Translations under genes and position numbers: made by a program | In this document: positions 1 to 9,010 of the stretch, one piece after another | Numbering within the stretch: the first letter of the stretch is position 1 | Layout: the number at the start of each line of letters is the position of its first letter | NCBI GenBank assembly: GCA_016938065.1 | Contig: JAFGVI010000124.1 | Coordinates: 2,199 to 66,198, forward strand | Direction of reading: 5' to 3' | Source: Deltaproteobacteria bacterium | GTDB lineage: Bacteria > Desulfobacterota > Anaeroferrophillalia > Anaeroferrophillales > Tharpellaceae | Length of the DNA stretch: 64,000 nt | The notes under the pieces: generated by a model | Told to the model about the DNA's origin: nothing | The model's input: only the letters and a program-made list of their open reading frames with translations | Database searches by the model: none

Positions 1-7
1 AGCGGCC

Positions 8-991
8 ATGATCGAATTTGCCTGGATACGGCTTTTTTATGCCCTGCCGCTGCCTTTAATTATCTACCTGCTCCTGCCCCGCGCCCGCACCACTTCCGGC
101 CTGGCCTTAAAGATCCCTTTTTTTGCCGAAGTCGCCGGCTTCCGCCAGAAAACCTCAGCTCAGGGTTCGCGCTGGCTCGGCCTGCTGGCGCTGACGGCCT
201 GGCTGCTGCTGGTTATCGCCGCCGCCCGGCCGCAATGGATCGGCGAACCTATGAGTACGCCGATCAGCGGGCGCGATCTTCTTCTGGCGGTCGATATCTC
301 CGGCAGTATGCAGGTCAAGGATATGGAGCTCAACCAGGAGCCGGTGGATCGTTTAACCATGATCAAAGATGTGGCCGGAAAATTTATCGAACGTCGCCAG
401 GGCGACCGCATCGGCCTGATTCTCTTCGGCAGCCGGGCCTATCTGCAGGCGCCGCTCTCTTTGGATCGCAAAACCATAAACCAGTTGCTGCAGGAGGCTC
501 TGATCGGCATTGCCGGTGAAAAAACCGCGATCGGCGACGCTCTGGGCCTCGCCGTCAAACGCCTGCGCCAGCGACCGGGCCAGCGAAAAGTCCTGATTCT
601 CCTGACCGACGGCGCCAATACAGCCGGCGCCATCGAGCCCCTGAAAGCGGCCGAACTGGCAAAAGAGATCAAGCTTTCGATCTACACCATCGGGGTCGGC
701 GCCGACCGCATGCTGGTCAACAGTTTTTTCGGCAACCGCGTCGTCAACCCCTCGGCCGATCTCGATGAAGCAACCCTGCAGAAAATTGCCGAGCTCACCG
801 GCGGCCGCTATTTCCGGGCCCGCGAAAGCCAGGATCTCGAAAAGATCTACGCCCTGCTCGATCAACTTGAACCGGTGGTCAGCGAAGATCAGAACCTGCG
901 CCCGATTCGCGAACTCTTTTTCTGGCCCTTAGGAGCAGCCTTGCTGCTGGCTTTTCTCCGGCTCGGCTTAAGCCTGAAAAAGCGTACTTAA
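8..991 (+). CDS. batA: VWA domain protein, BatA family
   Basis: N-terminal TM segments; MIDAS motif DISGS; TAIGDAL and ILLTDG; C-terminal TM; first of three bat-like genes. Confidence 0.85.
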   Translation: MIEFAWIRLFYALPLPLIIYLLLPRARTTSGLALKIPFFAEVAGFRQKTSAQGSRWLGLLALTAWLLLVIAAARPQWIGEPMSTPISGRDLLLAVDISGSMQVKDMELNQEPVDRLTMIKDVAGKFIERRQGDRIGLILFGSRAYLQAPLSLDRKTINQLLQEALIGIAGEKTAIGDALGLAVKRLRQRPGQRKVLILLTDGANTAGAIEPLKAAELAKEIKLSIYTIGVGADRMLVNSFFGNRVVNPSADLDEATLQKIAELTGGRYFRARESQDLEKIYALLDQLEPVVSEDQNLRPIRELFFWPLGAALLLAFLRLGLSLKKRT

Positions 992-1029
992 TTTTGGCAT
1001 AGCTCTTAACTCAGGAATCGTTTTCCATA

Positions 1030-3000
1030 ATGAACCTGCATGATTTTCATTTTCTACGGCCCTGGTGGCTGCTGGCTCTGCCGGCCGGCCTTTTGCTGCT
1101 GGCCGGCCGCAAACGGCGCGACCCCGGCAAAAGCCAGTGGCATAAAGTCTGCGACAGCCACCTGCTCAAACATCTTCTCGTCGGTGAAGCTCAGGTTGAG
1201 CAGAAACGTATCTATTGCGGCCTGCTGCTGATGCTCGCCCTGGCGTCTCTGGCTTTGGCGGGCCCCGCCTGGGAACGTCGGCCGCAGCCACTTTTTCGCG
1301 CCGCCAGCGGCCGCGTCATTGTCCTTGATCTCTCTCTTTCGATGGATACGCCCGACATTACACCATCACGCCTGAGCCGGGCCCGTTATAAAGCGATCGA
1401 CCTGATCAAAGCCGGCGTCGGCCGGGAACAGGGACTGGTGGTTTTTGCCGGTGACAGTTTCATCGTCACCCCGCTCACCGATGACCAGGCGACCCTGCTC
1501 AACCTTCTGCCCGGCCTTTCCACCGGCACGGTGCCGGTGCAGGGCAGTCGGGCCGACCGGGGACTGGAAAAAGCCGGGGAACTGCTTGAACGGGCCGCTA
1601 TTAGGCAAGGGCAGATCATCCTCCTGGCTGATGATGCCGACGCCCGGACTATTACCGCCGCCGGAGAACTGAGAAAAGCCGGGCAGCGCATCGACGTTAT
1701 CGCTGTCGGTACAGAAAACGGAGCGCCGGTTCCTCTAGCCGACGGCAGCTATCTGAAAAACGGCGAAGGACAGATTGTGGTTCCGGTTCCCGCCTTTGAC
1801 CAGTTACAGGCCGTGGCCAAGGCCGGAGGCGGTATCTATCTCAAGATTGACGACCCGGCCGAAGCCTTTCAGCCCTTAAACCAGAACTCTGCTCTCTTTC
1901 CTGAAAACAAAAGCCAAAGTGAGCTCACCGGCGATCAATGGCTCGACCGCGGCCCCTGGCTGCTGCTGCCTCTGCTCTTTCTGGCCGCCCTCTGCTTTCG
2001 CAAGGGCTGGCTTCTCCTTATCCTGATAACCCTTTTTATCAATCCCGCCCCCGCCGCGGCTCAGGATTGGGAACAGCTCTGGCACAATCTCTGGCAGCGC
2101 CCGAGCCAGCAGGCGGCCAAAGCCTTCAACGAAAAAGATTTCGCCAAGGCCGCACAATTAAGCCGGGATCCCGACTGGCAGGCCGCGGCCGACTACCGGG
2201 CCGGTAAATTCAAAGAAGCGGCCGCCGCTCTGGAAAAACGCGCCTCGGCTCAAGCCCAATATAACCGGGGTAACGCTCTGGCCCGAGCCGAAAAGCTTGA
2301 AGAAGCCCTCAAAGCCTACGACCAGGCCCTACAGAATGACCCGAACTTGGAGGATGCCCGTTTCAATCGCGATCTGGTTGAAAAAGTTATAAAGGAGCAG
2401 CAACAGCAGAATTCACAGGATTCCCAGAAGTCCCAGAACGACGATTCTGCAGAAAACAATCAGGAAAACCAGGATCAACAAAAGCAGGATCAGCAACAGC
2501 AGGACCAAGAGAGCCAGGAGCAGCAAGGTCAGCAATCCGACCAGAACTCCAAGGGCCAGAACTCGAAAAATCAGGAGACAAAAAGCCAGAACTCCCCAAA
2601 GCAGAGCTCCCCAGAACAGAGCTCTCAAGAGCCGACACAGCAGCAGAAACAACCGGAAAAAGAGCCGGAAAAAGCCGAGACCGACAACCCCGCCGAGCAA
2701 GCGAACGCCGATAGTGCCAAAGCCAGCACATCTCCGGAAGAAAAAGCACAAAAGCCTGAGACAGCTAAGGATGAAGCCCGGCAGGCAGTCGGCCAAGAAA
2801 AAAAAGAGCCGGAAAAGGAGCAGCCGGAAAACCAGGCCGTCGGGGTGGAAAATGACGAAAAACCGCTCGATGCCAAAGAGCAGGTTTTAGAACAGTGGCT
2901 GCGCCGGGTGCCGGATGATCCGCAAGGCCTTCTGCAAAGAAAGTTTCTCTATCAGTATCGTGACCGCCAGAACCGCTCGCAGGGAAATAAAGATTGGTAA
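1030..3000 (+). CDS. batB: VWA + TPR protein (BatB/BatC-like fusion) with Q/E/K-rich linker
   Basis: DLSLSM MIDAS-like motif; TPR YNRGNALA...ARFNRDL; low-complexity Gln-rich tract; conserved C-terminal EQWLRRVPDDPQGLLQRKF. Confidence 0.8.
   Translation: MNLHDFHFLRPWWLLALPAGLLLLAGRKRRDPGKSQWHKVCDSHLLKHLLVGEAQVEQKRIYCGLLLMLALASLALAGPAWERRPQPLFRAASGRVIVLDLSLSMDTPDITPSRLSRARYKAIDLIKAGVGREQGLVVFAGDSFIVTPLTDDQATLLNLLPGLSTGTVPVQGSRADRGLEKAGELLERAAIRQGQIILLADDADARTITAAGELRKAGQRIDVIAVGTENGAPVPLADGSYLKNGEGQIVVPVPAFDQLQAVAKAGGGIYLKIDDPAEAFQPLNQNSALFPENKSQSELTGDQWLDRGPWLLLPLLFLAALCFRKGWLLLILITLFINPAPAAAQDWEQLWHNLWQRPSQQAAKAFNEKDFAKAAQLSRDPDWQAAADYRAGKFKEAAAALEKRASAQAQYNRGNALARAEKLEEALKAYDQALQNDPNLEDARFNRDLVEKVIKEQQQQNSQDSQKSQNDDSAENNQENQDQQKQDQQQQDQESQEQQGQQSDQNSKGQNSKNQETKSQNSPKQSSPEQSSQEPTQQQKQPEKEPEKAETDNPAEQANADSAKASTSPEEKAQKPETAKDEARQAVGQEKKEPEKEQPENQAVGVENDEKPLDAKEQVLEQWLRRVPDDPQGLLQRKFLYQYRDRQNRSQGNKDW
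2395..2870 (+). repeat. Low-complexity Gln/Glu/Lys/Ser-rich coding tract (CAG/CAA-rich)
   Basis: QQQQNSQDSQ...QQKQDQQQQDQESQEQQGQQ in the BatB/C linker; boundaries approximate. Confidence 0.75.
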
Positions 3001-3027
3001 AATTACGAATTACGAATTGCGATTTAA
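3000..3027. repeat. Heptamer tandem repeat AAATTAC-GAATTAC-GAATTGC-GATTTAA
   Basis: Read directly; shares the 13-mer AAATTACGAATTA with 23532-23559. Confidence 0.6.
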
Positions 3028-3065
3028 AAAGATTTAACTTTCTGAATAATTTTTCTGGTAAGCCT

Positions 3066-4907
3066 ATGCAACCACAACCCCTGATTACAAAGTTTCTCTT
3101 TTTTACCCTCTTAACCCTGGCTCTGGTCACCCTCATGCCGCTTACCGGTCAGGCTGAGGTCAGAGCTCGGCTGGATCGGCAGAGCATCAGTTTGGATGAA
3201 ACTGTCAATCTCATCATCGAAGCCGACGGCGCCCTTAATACTATTGCCTCGATTGATACCAGTGCCCTGGAAAAAGATTTTTCAGTTAGCAACAGCTCCA
3301 CGAGCAGTAATATTCAGATTATCAACGGCTCCAGTAAAGCCACCAAAACCTGGACGATTGAGCTTGAGCCGAAAAAAACCGGCAATTTTACCATTCCTCC
3401 CTTCACCATCGGCGGCGAAAAAACTGCCGCTTTGAGCCTTGCCGTCACCCCCCCGGCACCCCCGATGCCGATGACCGGCTCCGCCGGAACCCTGCCGGAT
3501 GTTTTCATTGAAGTTACGCCGGAGATGGATACCCCGGCCTACATTCAGGGTCAGATTACGATCAGTGTCAAGCTCTTTATCAAGGGGCAACTGCGCCTGA
3601 CCGAAGCCTCACTGGAAGAACCGGCCCTGGAACACGCCAACATCATCAAACTCGGTGACGACCGGCGCTATCAGAGTCGTAAAAACAATACCGGCTACCA
3701 GGTGATTGAGCGTAAATATGCGATTATCGCGGAAGAGGGCAGCGAGCTGACAATCCCCCCGCTGCTCTTTCAGGCGATCAGCCTGGACAACAGCAGTCGC
3801 CGCTTTCCGGCCGACCCTTTTTTTGACCGCTTTTCCGGTCGCGGCCAACGCCTGCGGGCCCGCAGTCAGGAGCTTAAAATTGCTCTGATGCCGATCCCCG
3901 GGGAGTTCAAAGGCAAGATCTGGCTGCCGGCAAGAGATGTGAAGATCACGGAAAAACTGGAGGGCGAGAACGAGCTTAAAGTCGGTGAACCCCTGACCCG
4001 CACAATCGAAATCACAGCTACCGGGGTAACCGCCGAACAGCTGCCGGCCATCAAAACGCAAGCCCCGGACGGCGCTAAAATCTATCTTGATCAGGCCGAA
4101 CATCAGACCGAAAATGACGGCAATCTGCTGCATGCCGTAAAACGCCAGGCCATGGCTTTTATTCCCTCGCGCGAGGGCCTGTTCACCCTGCCCGCAGTGA
4201 CAATCGACTGGTGGGATGTGATCAACAATAAACCGCGGCAGGCAGTGCTTCCGGCCCGCCGGATCAGAGTTACCCGGGCCAACGACAGTGCCGCGGCCCC
4301 ACCTTTGCCCAGTCCCAAAGGAGCGGCGGGAAGCCCCGCCGTAACCACCCCGGACAAAACTGCCCCGACCCCAAACATTTCAGGTGAAGAATCGACCCCG
4401 TCCACGACGACACTCTCCGGCGACCTTAGAATCTGGCAGGCTCTCTGCGGTCTCCTCCTCGGCGCCTGGCTTATCACTCTGCTGGCTTGGCGCCTGAGTC
4501 TGCGGCGGCGCCTGGTAAAAGAGCCTACCCTTCGCAAAAACGAAGCCGGAAACCAAGTCCCCGCCACTCGGGAGATGATCAAAAAAGCCTGCCTCGACAA
4601 TAATCCCCGGGCGACCCAGCAGGCCCTGCTTAACTGGGCGGCGGCCAACTGGCCGCAAAACCCACCCACCAACCTCAGAAATCTCACCCTGCGCCTGGAC
4701 CATCTAAACTCCAATCCAGACATAAATAAGGTCTTGACAAACCTCGAAGAAACCCTCTATAGCCCTGAGGGAACTGCTGAAGAAAAAAACTGGAACGGCG
4801 CTTATTGCTGGCAGAAAATTTCCCCTGTGCTTCAGCCTGAAAAAGCGGGAAAGCCCTCACGCCGCCCCCGGAAAGAGCTCCCCCCTCTCTATCCGCCGGA
4901 CTCCTGA
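3066..4907 (+). CDS. batD: BatD family protein (oxygen tolerance), exported
   Basis: ORF track starts at 2994, but ATG 3066 gives a clean signal peptide (...LMPLTGQA/EV); BatD-like repeats (IPPFTIGG, VGEPLTRTI, WWDV); TM near the C-terminus. Confidence 0.8.
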   Translation: MQPQPLITKFLFFTLLTLALVTLMPLTGQAEVRARLDRQSISLDETVNLIIEADGALNTIASIDTSALEKDFSVSNSSTSSNIQIINGSSKATKTWTIELEPKKTGNFTIPPFTIGGEKTAALSLAVTPPAPPMPMTGSAGTLPDVFIEVTPEMDTPAYIQGQITISVKLFIKGQLRLTEASLEEPALEHANIIKLGDDRRYQSRKNNTGYQVIERKYAIIAEEGSELTIPPLLFQAISLDNSSRRFPADPFFDRFSGRGQRLRARSQELKIALMPIPGEFKGKIWLPARDVKITEKLEGENELKVGEPLTRTIEITATGVTAEQLPAIKTQAPDGAKIYLDQAEHQTENDGNLLHAVKRQAMAFIPSREGLFTLPAVTIDWWDVINNKPRQAVLPARRIRVTRANDSAAAPPLPSPKGAAGSPAVTTPDKTAPTPNISGEESTPSTTTLSGDLRIWQALCGLLLGAWLITLLAWRLSLRRRLVKEPTLRKNEAGNQVPATREMIKKACLDNNPRATQQALLNWAAANWPQNPPTNLRNLTLRLDHLNSNPDINKVLTNLEETLYSPEGTAEEKNWNGAYCWQKISPVLQPEKAGKPSRRPRKELPPLYPPDS

Positions 4908-4970
4908 GCGAAAAAACCGGCAAAGGCACCGCCAGAATCAAGAAGAACTCTTTAAAACGGAGTATTTTCA

Positions 4971-6104
4971 ATGCAGACTTTTTTTGCCCCAGCCGAAAGA
5001 ACCAAGGAGAAAGAACTCACCTTTGAAATTGAAACGGTGCGGGAGAGTTCAATCATCTCCGGGTTACTTCATTCAGTCGGCGGATTGCTGGCGATTCTTG
5101 ACGAGCGGCGTCAGATTCTGGCAGTCAATGATTCATTCCTGCAGAAACTCGGCATTTCCGATGCCGACAAGGTTTTGGGACTGCGGCCCGGAGAAGCCCT
5201 GCGCTGTATTCATGCTGAAGAAGAGCCGCATGGCTGCGGCACCACCAAGTACTGCTCAACCTGCGGCGCCGCAATCGCCATTGTCACCAGCCTAAAAGAT
5301 AATCAGGCAACTGAACGAATTTGCGCGCTGAGCGCCGAAAGAGGGAATGAAAATGTCGACCTCGCCCTTTTAGTTCGTTCACATCCGATTATCATTGAAA
5401 ACCGCCGCTTTCTCCTGCTTTTTCTCCAGGATGTTACAAAACAGGAACAGCGCGCCGCTCTGGAAAGAACCTTTTTCCATGACATCAATAATGTGCTCAG
5501 TTCCCTGCTGGGAGCCACGGAACTCCTGCGAGAAGAGTATCAGCAATCCGAACTGGTTAACATAGTCTATCAGTCGGCCCTGTGTTTACAGAGAGAGATC
5601 GCCATCCAGCAGTGTCTTGTGAAAAACGAGTGTGCTATCTATGAACCGTTCTGGCAGGAATTGAATGTTGGCAAGATTCTGCATAATGTAGAATCTTTCT
5701 TCAAACAGCATGCTGCGGCCCATAATAAAGAGTTAAATCTGCACTTTGACGATACCGACTTTCTCATTGACAGTGACCACTCACTGGTTATGCGAGTGCT
5801 CTGCAACATGGTCACCAATGCTCTCGAAGCCAGTCCGAAAAATGGTGTGGTCGATATCTGGGCAGAAGATAAGGCTTCGACCGCTGTTTTCTGCGTCCAT
5901 AACCAGCAGGTGATCCCCGAGAATGTGGCTTTAAGAATATTTCAAAGAAATTTCAGCACCAAGGGGGAAGAGGGCCGGGGTGTGGGGACTTTTTCAATGA
6001 AACTGTTCGGCGAAAAAATTCTCAAAGGCAAAGTAACGTTCAGTACCGCCGCCGACACCGGTACCACCTTCAGATTGGCTCTGCCGGTCAGAAGAGTGAC
6101 ATAA
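4971..6104 (+). CDS. PAS sensor histidine kinase with Cys-rich PAS
   Basis: H-box FFHDINN; N-box NMVTNALEA; G-boxes FSTKG and GRGVGT; PAS contains CIHA-x5-GCG-x4-CSTC. Confidence 0.85.
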   Translation: MQTFFAPAERTKEKELTFEIETVRESSIISGLLHSVGGLLAILDERRQILAVNDSFLQKLGISDADKVLGLRPGEALRCIHAEEEPHGCGTTKYCSTCGAAIAIVTSLKDNQATERICALSAERGNENVDLALLVRSHPIIIENRRFLLLFLQDVTKQEQRAALERTFFHDINNVLSSLLGATELLREEYQQSELVNIVYQSALCLQREIAIQQCLVKNECAIYEPFWQELNVGKILHNVESFFKQHAAAHNKELNLHFDDTDFLIDSDHSLVMRVLCNMVTNALEASPKNGVVDIWAEDKASTAVFCVHNQQVIPENVALRIFQRNFSTKGEEGRGVGTFSMKLFGEKILKGKVTFSTAADTGTTFRLALPVRRVT

Positions 6105-6105
6105 A

Positions 6106-6151
6106 AAACCGCAGCCACGGATCCCGCTGGGGTTGTCCTTGGCTGCGGTTT
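6106..6151. terminator. Bidirectional intrinsic terminator between convergent genes
   Basis: Inverted repeat AAACCGCAGCCA ... TGGCTGCGGTTT with flanking A/T runs. Confidence 0.7.
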
Positions 6152-6179
6152 AAAACAACCTCAACTCTTCTGCAGCAGT

Positions 6180-6560
6180 CTAACCGAAAAGTTTTTCCGC
6201 TCCGGCATAGACCTCTTCGACTTTTAACGCTGCCGCCGCATGCCCGGGATGTTTTGCCGGATTCCAGTTTTTCATATCGTCAAAGATTTCACCTTCCCGA
6301 GAATATTCAATGGTTCCCTTAGCCTGATAGGACTTGCCTTCTTTGGTGATAAAAAGGACTGAGCCTTTGCTGCCGGAGAGAATATTTTTTCTGGTTTTAT
6401 CGAAATAATTATCGGCAATGACGATCAGATCCTCACCGTACCTGGCAACACAGGTGATATAGACGGCATTGGGTACACCATCCTTGTCAACCGTCGTCAA
6501 AATGATTCTATCCTCTCGATTTGCCCAAGCCTGGTTTACAATTTCCGGTATTTTTGCCAT
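6180..6560 (-). CDS. Pyridoxamine 5'-phosphate oxidase-like FMN-binding protein
   Basis: LTTVDKDGVPN, ADNYFDKT-x2-NI and SYQAKG motifs; 126 aa. Confidence 0.8.
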   Translation of the reverse strand: MAKIPEIVNQAWANREDRIILTTVDKDGVPNAVYITCVARYGEDLIVIADNYFDKTRKNILSGSKGSVLFITKEGKSYQAKGTIEYSREGEIFDDMKNWNPAKHPGHAAAALKVEEVYAGAEKLFG

Positions 6561-6597
6561 AATTTACTACTCCTTGCTGAAATGTTTAATGGATCAT

Positions 6598-8559
6598 TTA
6601 ATTGACCAGGAGCCTGCCGCCCAGAACCTGCTGGACTTTGGCGGCAAGTTCATGGGCTGAAAACGGTTTCTGCAGGAACGTCCGATTTTGGTCAAGCACC
6701 CCGTAATGAGCGACCGCATTACCTGTATAACCCGACATGTAAAGCACTTTAAGCTGCGGCAGCCGCCGGCGAATAGTGTTTGCAACCTCCGGCCCGGCCA
6801 GCCCCGGCATGATGACATCGGTAAGCAGCAGATCCGGTTGCAGCCCCTCCTCCACCAGACCAATGGCGGCACTGCCATCCGCCGCGACACTGACCCGGTA
6901 ACCCAGCCGCGACAGTACCTTTTCCGCCATCCGACGCAGTTCCTTTTCATCCTCAACTACCAGAATATGCTCTCCGGAACCATTCTGCACCGTGACACTC
7001 GCCACGGGCTGAGAGCCGTTTTCAAGCTCACTCTCTACCCGGGGAAAGTATATCTTAAAGGTAGAACCGTGTTCAGGCTCAGAATAGACCCAGATATAAC
7101 CGCCGGACTGTTTGACAATACCATAAACCGTCGCCAGCCCGAGACCGGTGCCTTCGCCCTGTTTTTTCAAGGTAAAGAAAGGCTCGAAAATTTTTGCCTG
7201 AGTATCCTGATCCATGCCGCAGCCGGTATCGGTCAACGACAGTCTGACATAGCAGCCGGCCGGAATCATCTTTGCGTGTCTCTTACAGTAGAGGTCGTCG
7301 AGCTCAACATTGGCGGTTTCAATAATCAGGCGTCCACCCTCAGGCATCGCATCCCGGGCGTTGACGGCCAGATTGACAATCACCTGTTCAAGCTGACCGG
7401 GATCGGCCTTAACCGGGGCCAGTCCCTCCTCAAGGAGCAGTTCAACCGCAATATTTTCACCGATCAGTCGCTGCAGCATTTTGTTGAGGTTGCTGATCAG
7501 ATCATTGAGCGAGAGAACCTTGAGCTGCTGGGTCTGTTTACGGCTGAACACCAGCAGCTGACGGGTCAGAGCCGCAGAACGTCGACCCGCCTCCAGAATC
7601 TGCACAACATCCTCACGCAAGGGATCTTCGGGTTGCAGCTCATCCAGCAGAGCCTCGCCATGCCCGAGAATGATGGTCAGCATATTGTTGAAATCATGTG
7701 CCACCCCGCCGGCCAGACGACCGATGGCATCCATTTTCTGGGCCTGCAGAAGCTGAGTCTGTAAATTTTTCCGTTCCTCCTCGACCTTTTTATACTCCGT
7801 AATGTCACGATAGATCGTCATCTTGGAGATGGTACCGTCGGGATGAAAGATCGGCGAACTGCTGACCAGAAAATTACGGTTATCCAGCGGGCTGAGAACT
7901 TCATCTATAGACGGCAGTCCTTGTTTGACCTGTTCGTAAGAGCACCAGGGACAGCGCTCCGGCAGAGCGTTGATCGCCTGATAACAGAGTTCGCCGGTCG
8001 CATCCCGGCCCACACGTTCTATCATCGCCGGATTCATATAGCCCACCCGAAAATCGGGACTGCAGATATAGGTCGGCTCGCGCATGGCCTCCATCATGGA
8101 GCGATATTTCTCTTCACTTTCACGCAGACGCTCCCGGGTTTTCCGCGCTTCCAGCACCTGTCTGATCGTATGCGGCAACTGGGCAATATGCTGGGGTGAC
8201 TTGATGACATAGTCATCGGCACCCTGTTTTAACGCCTTGACCGCAATCTCTTCCGAACCGGTGCCGGTAACCACAATGACCGGGACTTCGGGCCGCCTTT
8301 TCTTAACTTCACGAATAACTTCGAGACCTTCGAAACCGAGAATATTAAAGTCGCTCAGGACGACATCAAAGTCGGCTTCAATCAGAAACTGAGCAAAACT
8401 CTCTCGGCTGTCGGCCTCGACCATGACAAACCCCCGGCTCTCCTTTTCCAGCGCATGCCGGATAAGAGCGCGGTCGTGGATTTCGTCGTCAATACAAAGA
8501 ACCCGAATAATCTCCATCGGCTGTTTTTCCTTTGCCATAAATCTGTGGGAGATTGGCAT
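6598..8559 (-). CDS. Hybrid histidine kinase (REC-PAS-HisKA-HATPase-REC)
   Basis: N-terminal receiver (IDDE...LSD...K); LAGGVAHDFNN; NLAVNARDAM; GTGLGL; C-terminal receiver LLTDVIMP. The start may be a downstream Met. Confidence 0.9.
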   Translation of the reverse strand: MPISHRFMAKEKQPMEIIRVLCIDDEIHDRALIRHALEKESRGFVMVEADSRESFAQFLIEADFDVVLSDFNILGFEGLEVIREVKKRRPEVPVIVVTGTGSEEIAVKALKQGADDYVIKSPQHIAQLPHTIRQVLEARKTRERLRESEEKYRSMMEAMREPTYICSPDFRVGYMNPAMIERVGRDATGELCYQAINALPERCPWCSYEQVKQGLPSIDEVLSPLDNRNFLVSSSPIFHPDGTISKMTIYRDITEYKKVEEERKNLQTQLLQAQKMDAIGRLAGGVAHDFNNMLTIILGHGEALLDELQPEDPLREDVVQILEAGRRSAALTRQLLVFSRKQTQQLKVLSLNDLISNLNKMLQRLIGENIAVELLLEEGLAPVKADPGQLEQVIVNLAVNARDAMPEGGRLIIETANVELDDLYCKRHAKMIPAGCYVRLSLTDTGCGMDQDTQAKIFEPFFTLKKQGEGTGLGLATVYGIVKQSGGYIWVYSEPEHGSTFKIYFPRVESELENGSQPVASVTVQNGSGEHILVVEDEKELRRMAEKVLSRLGYRVSVAADGSAAIGLVEEGLQPDLLLTDVIMPGLAGPEVANTIRRRLPQLKVLYMSGYTGNAVAHYGVLDQNRTFLQKPFSAHELAAKVQQVLGGRLLVN

Positions 8560-8563
8560 TTAA

Positions 8564-9010
8564 TCAGTCGTCGTTGGGAGCATTAATATTAAGCGTCAGC
8601 CAATATTCGCACAGACTTTCAACGACCTCAAGAAAACCGGAAAACGTAATCGGCTTGACCAGATAGCTGTTGACCCCGTTATCGTAGCTTGTAATCCGAT
8701 CCTGCTGTTCCTTGGAGGATGTCAGAATAATTACCGGAATACGTTTGAGTTTCGGAGTCTGCTTGATGGTTTGCAGGACATCAAGGCCGCTGATCCCGGG
8801 CAGTTTGATATCGAGCAGAATAAAATCCGGCAGCGGGGCGTAAACCCTGTCCTGAAAACGACCGCGGCCAAAGAGGTAGTCAAGAGCCTCCTCCCCGGTC
8901 TGCACCACATGAACTTCGTTGTCAAGCCGGGTTTCGCGGAAGGCATCAAGGGTCAGTTCGATATCCATCCGCTCATCTTCGACCAGCAGAATCATAGCTT
9001 TCTTTTTCAT
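8564..9010 (-). CDS. Single-domain response regulator, Rcp1-like
   Basis: ILLVED, LLDIKLP, LTSS, NSYLVKP and terminal YWL. Confidence 0.9.
   Translation of the reverse strand: MKKKAMILLVEDERMDIELTLDAFRETRLDNEVHVVQTGEEALDYLFGRGRFQDRVYAPLPDFILLDIKLPGISGLDVLQTIKQTPKLKRIPVIILTSSKEQQDRITSYDNGVNSYLVKPITFSGFLEVVESLCEYWLTLNINAPNDD

Noticed and set aside
2994-3065. N-terminal extension of batD in the ORF track
   Set aside because: It translates the heptamer repeat; ATG 3066 gives a proper signal peptide.
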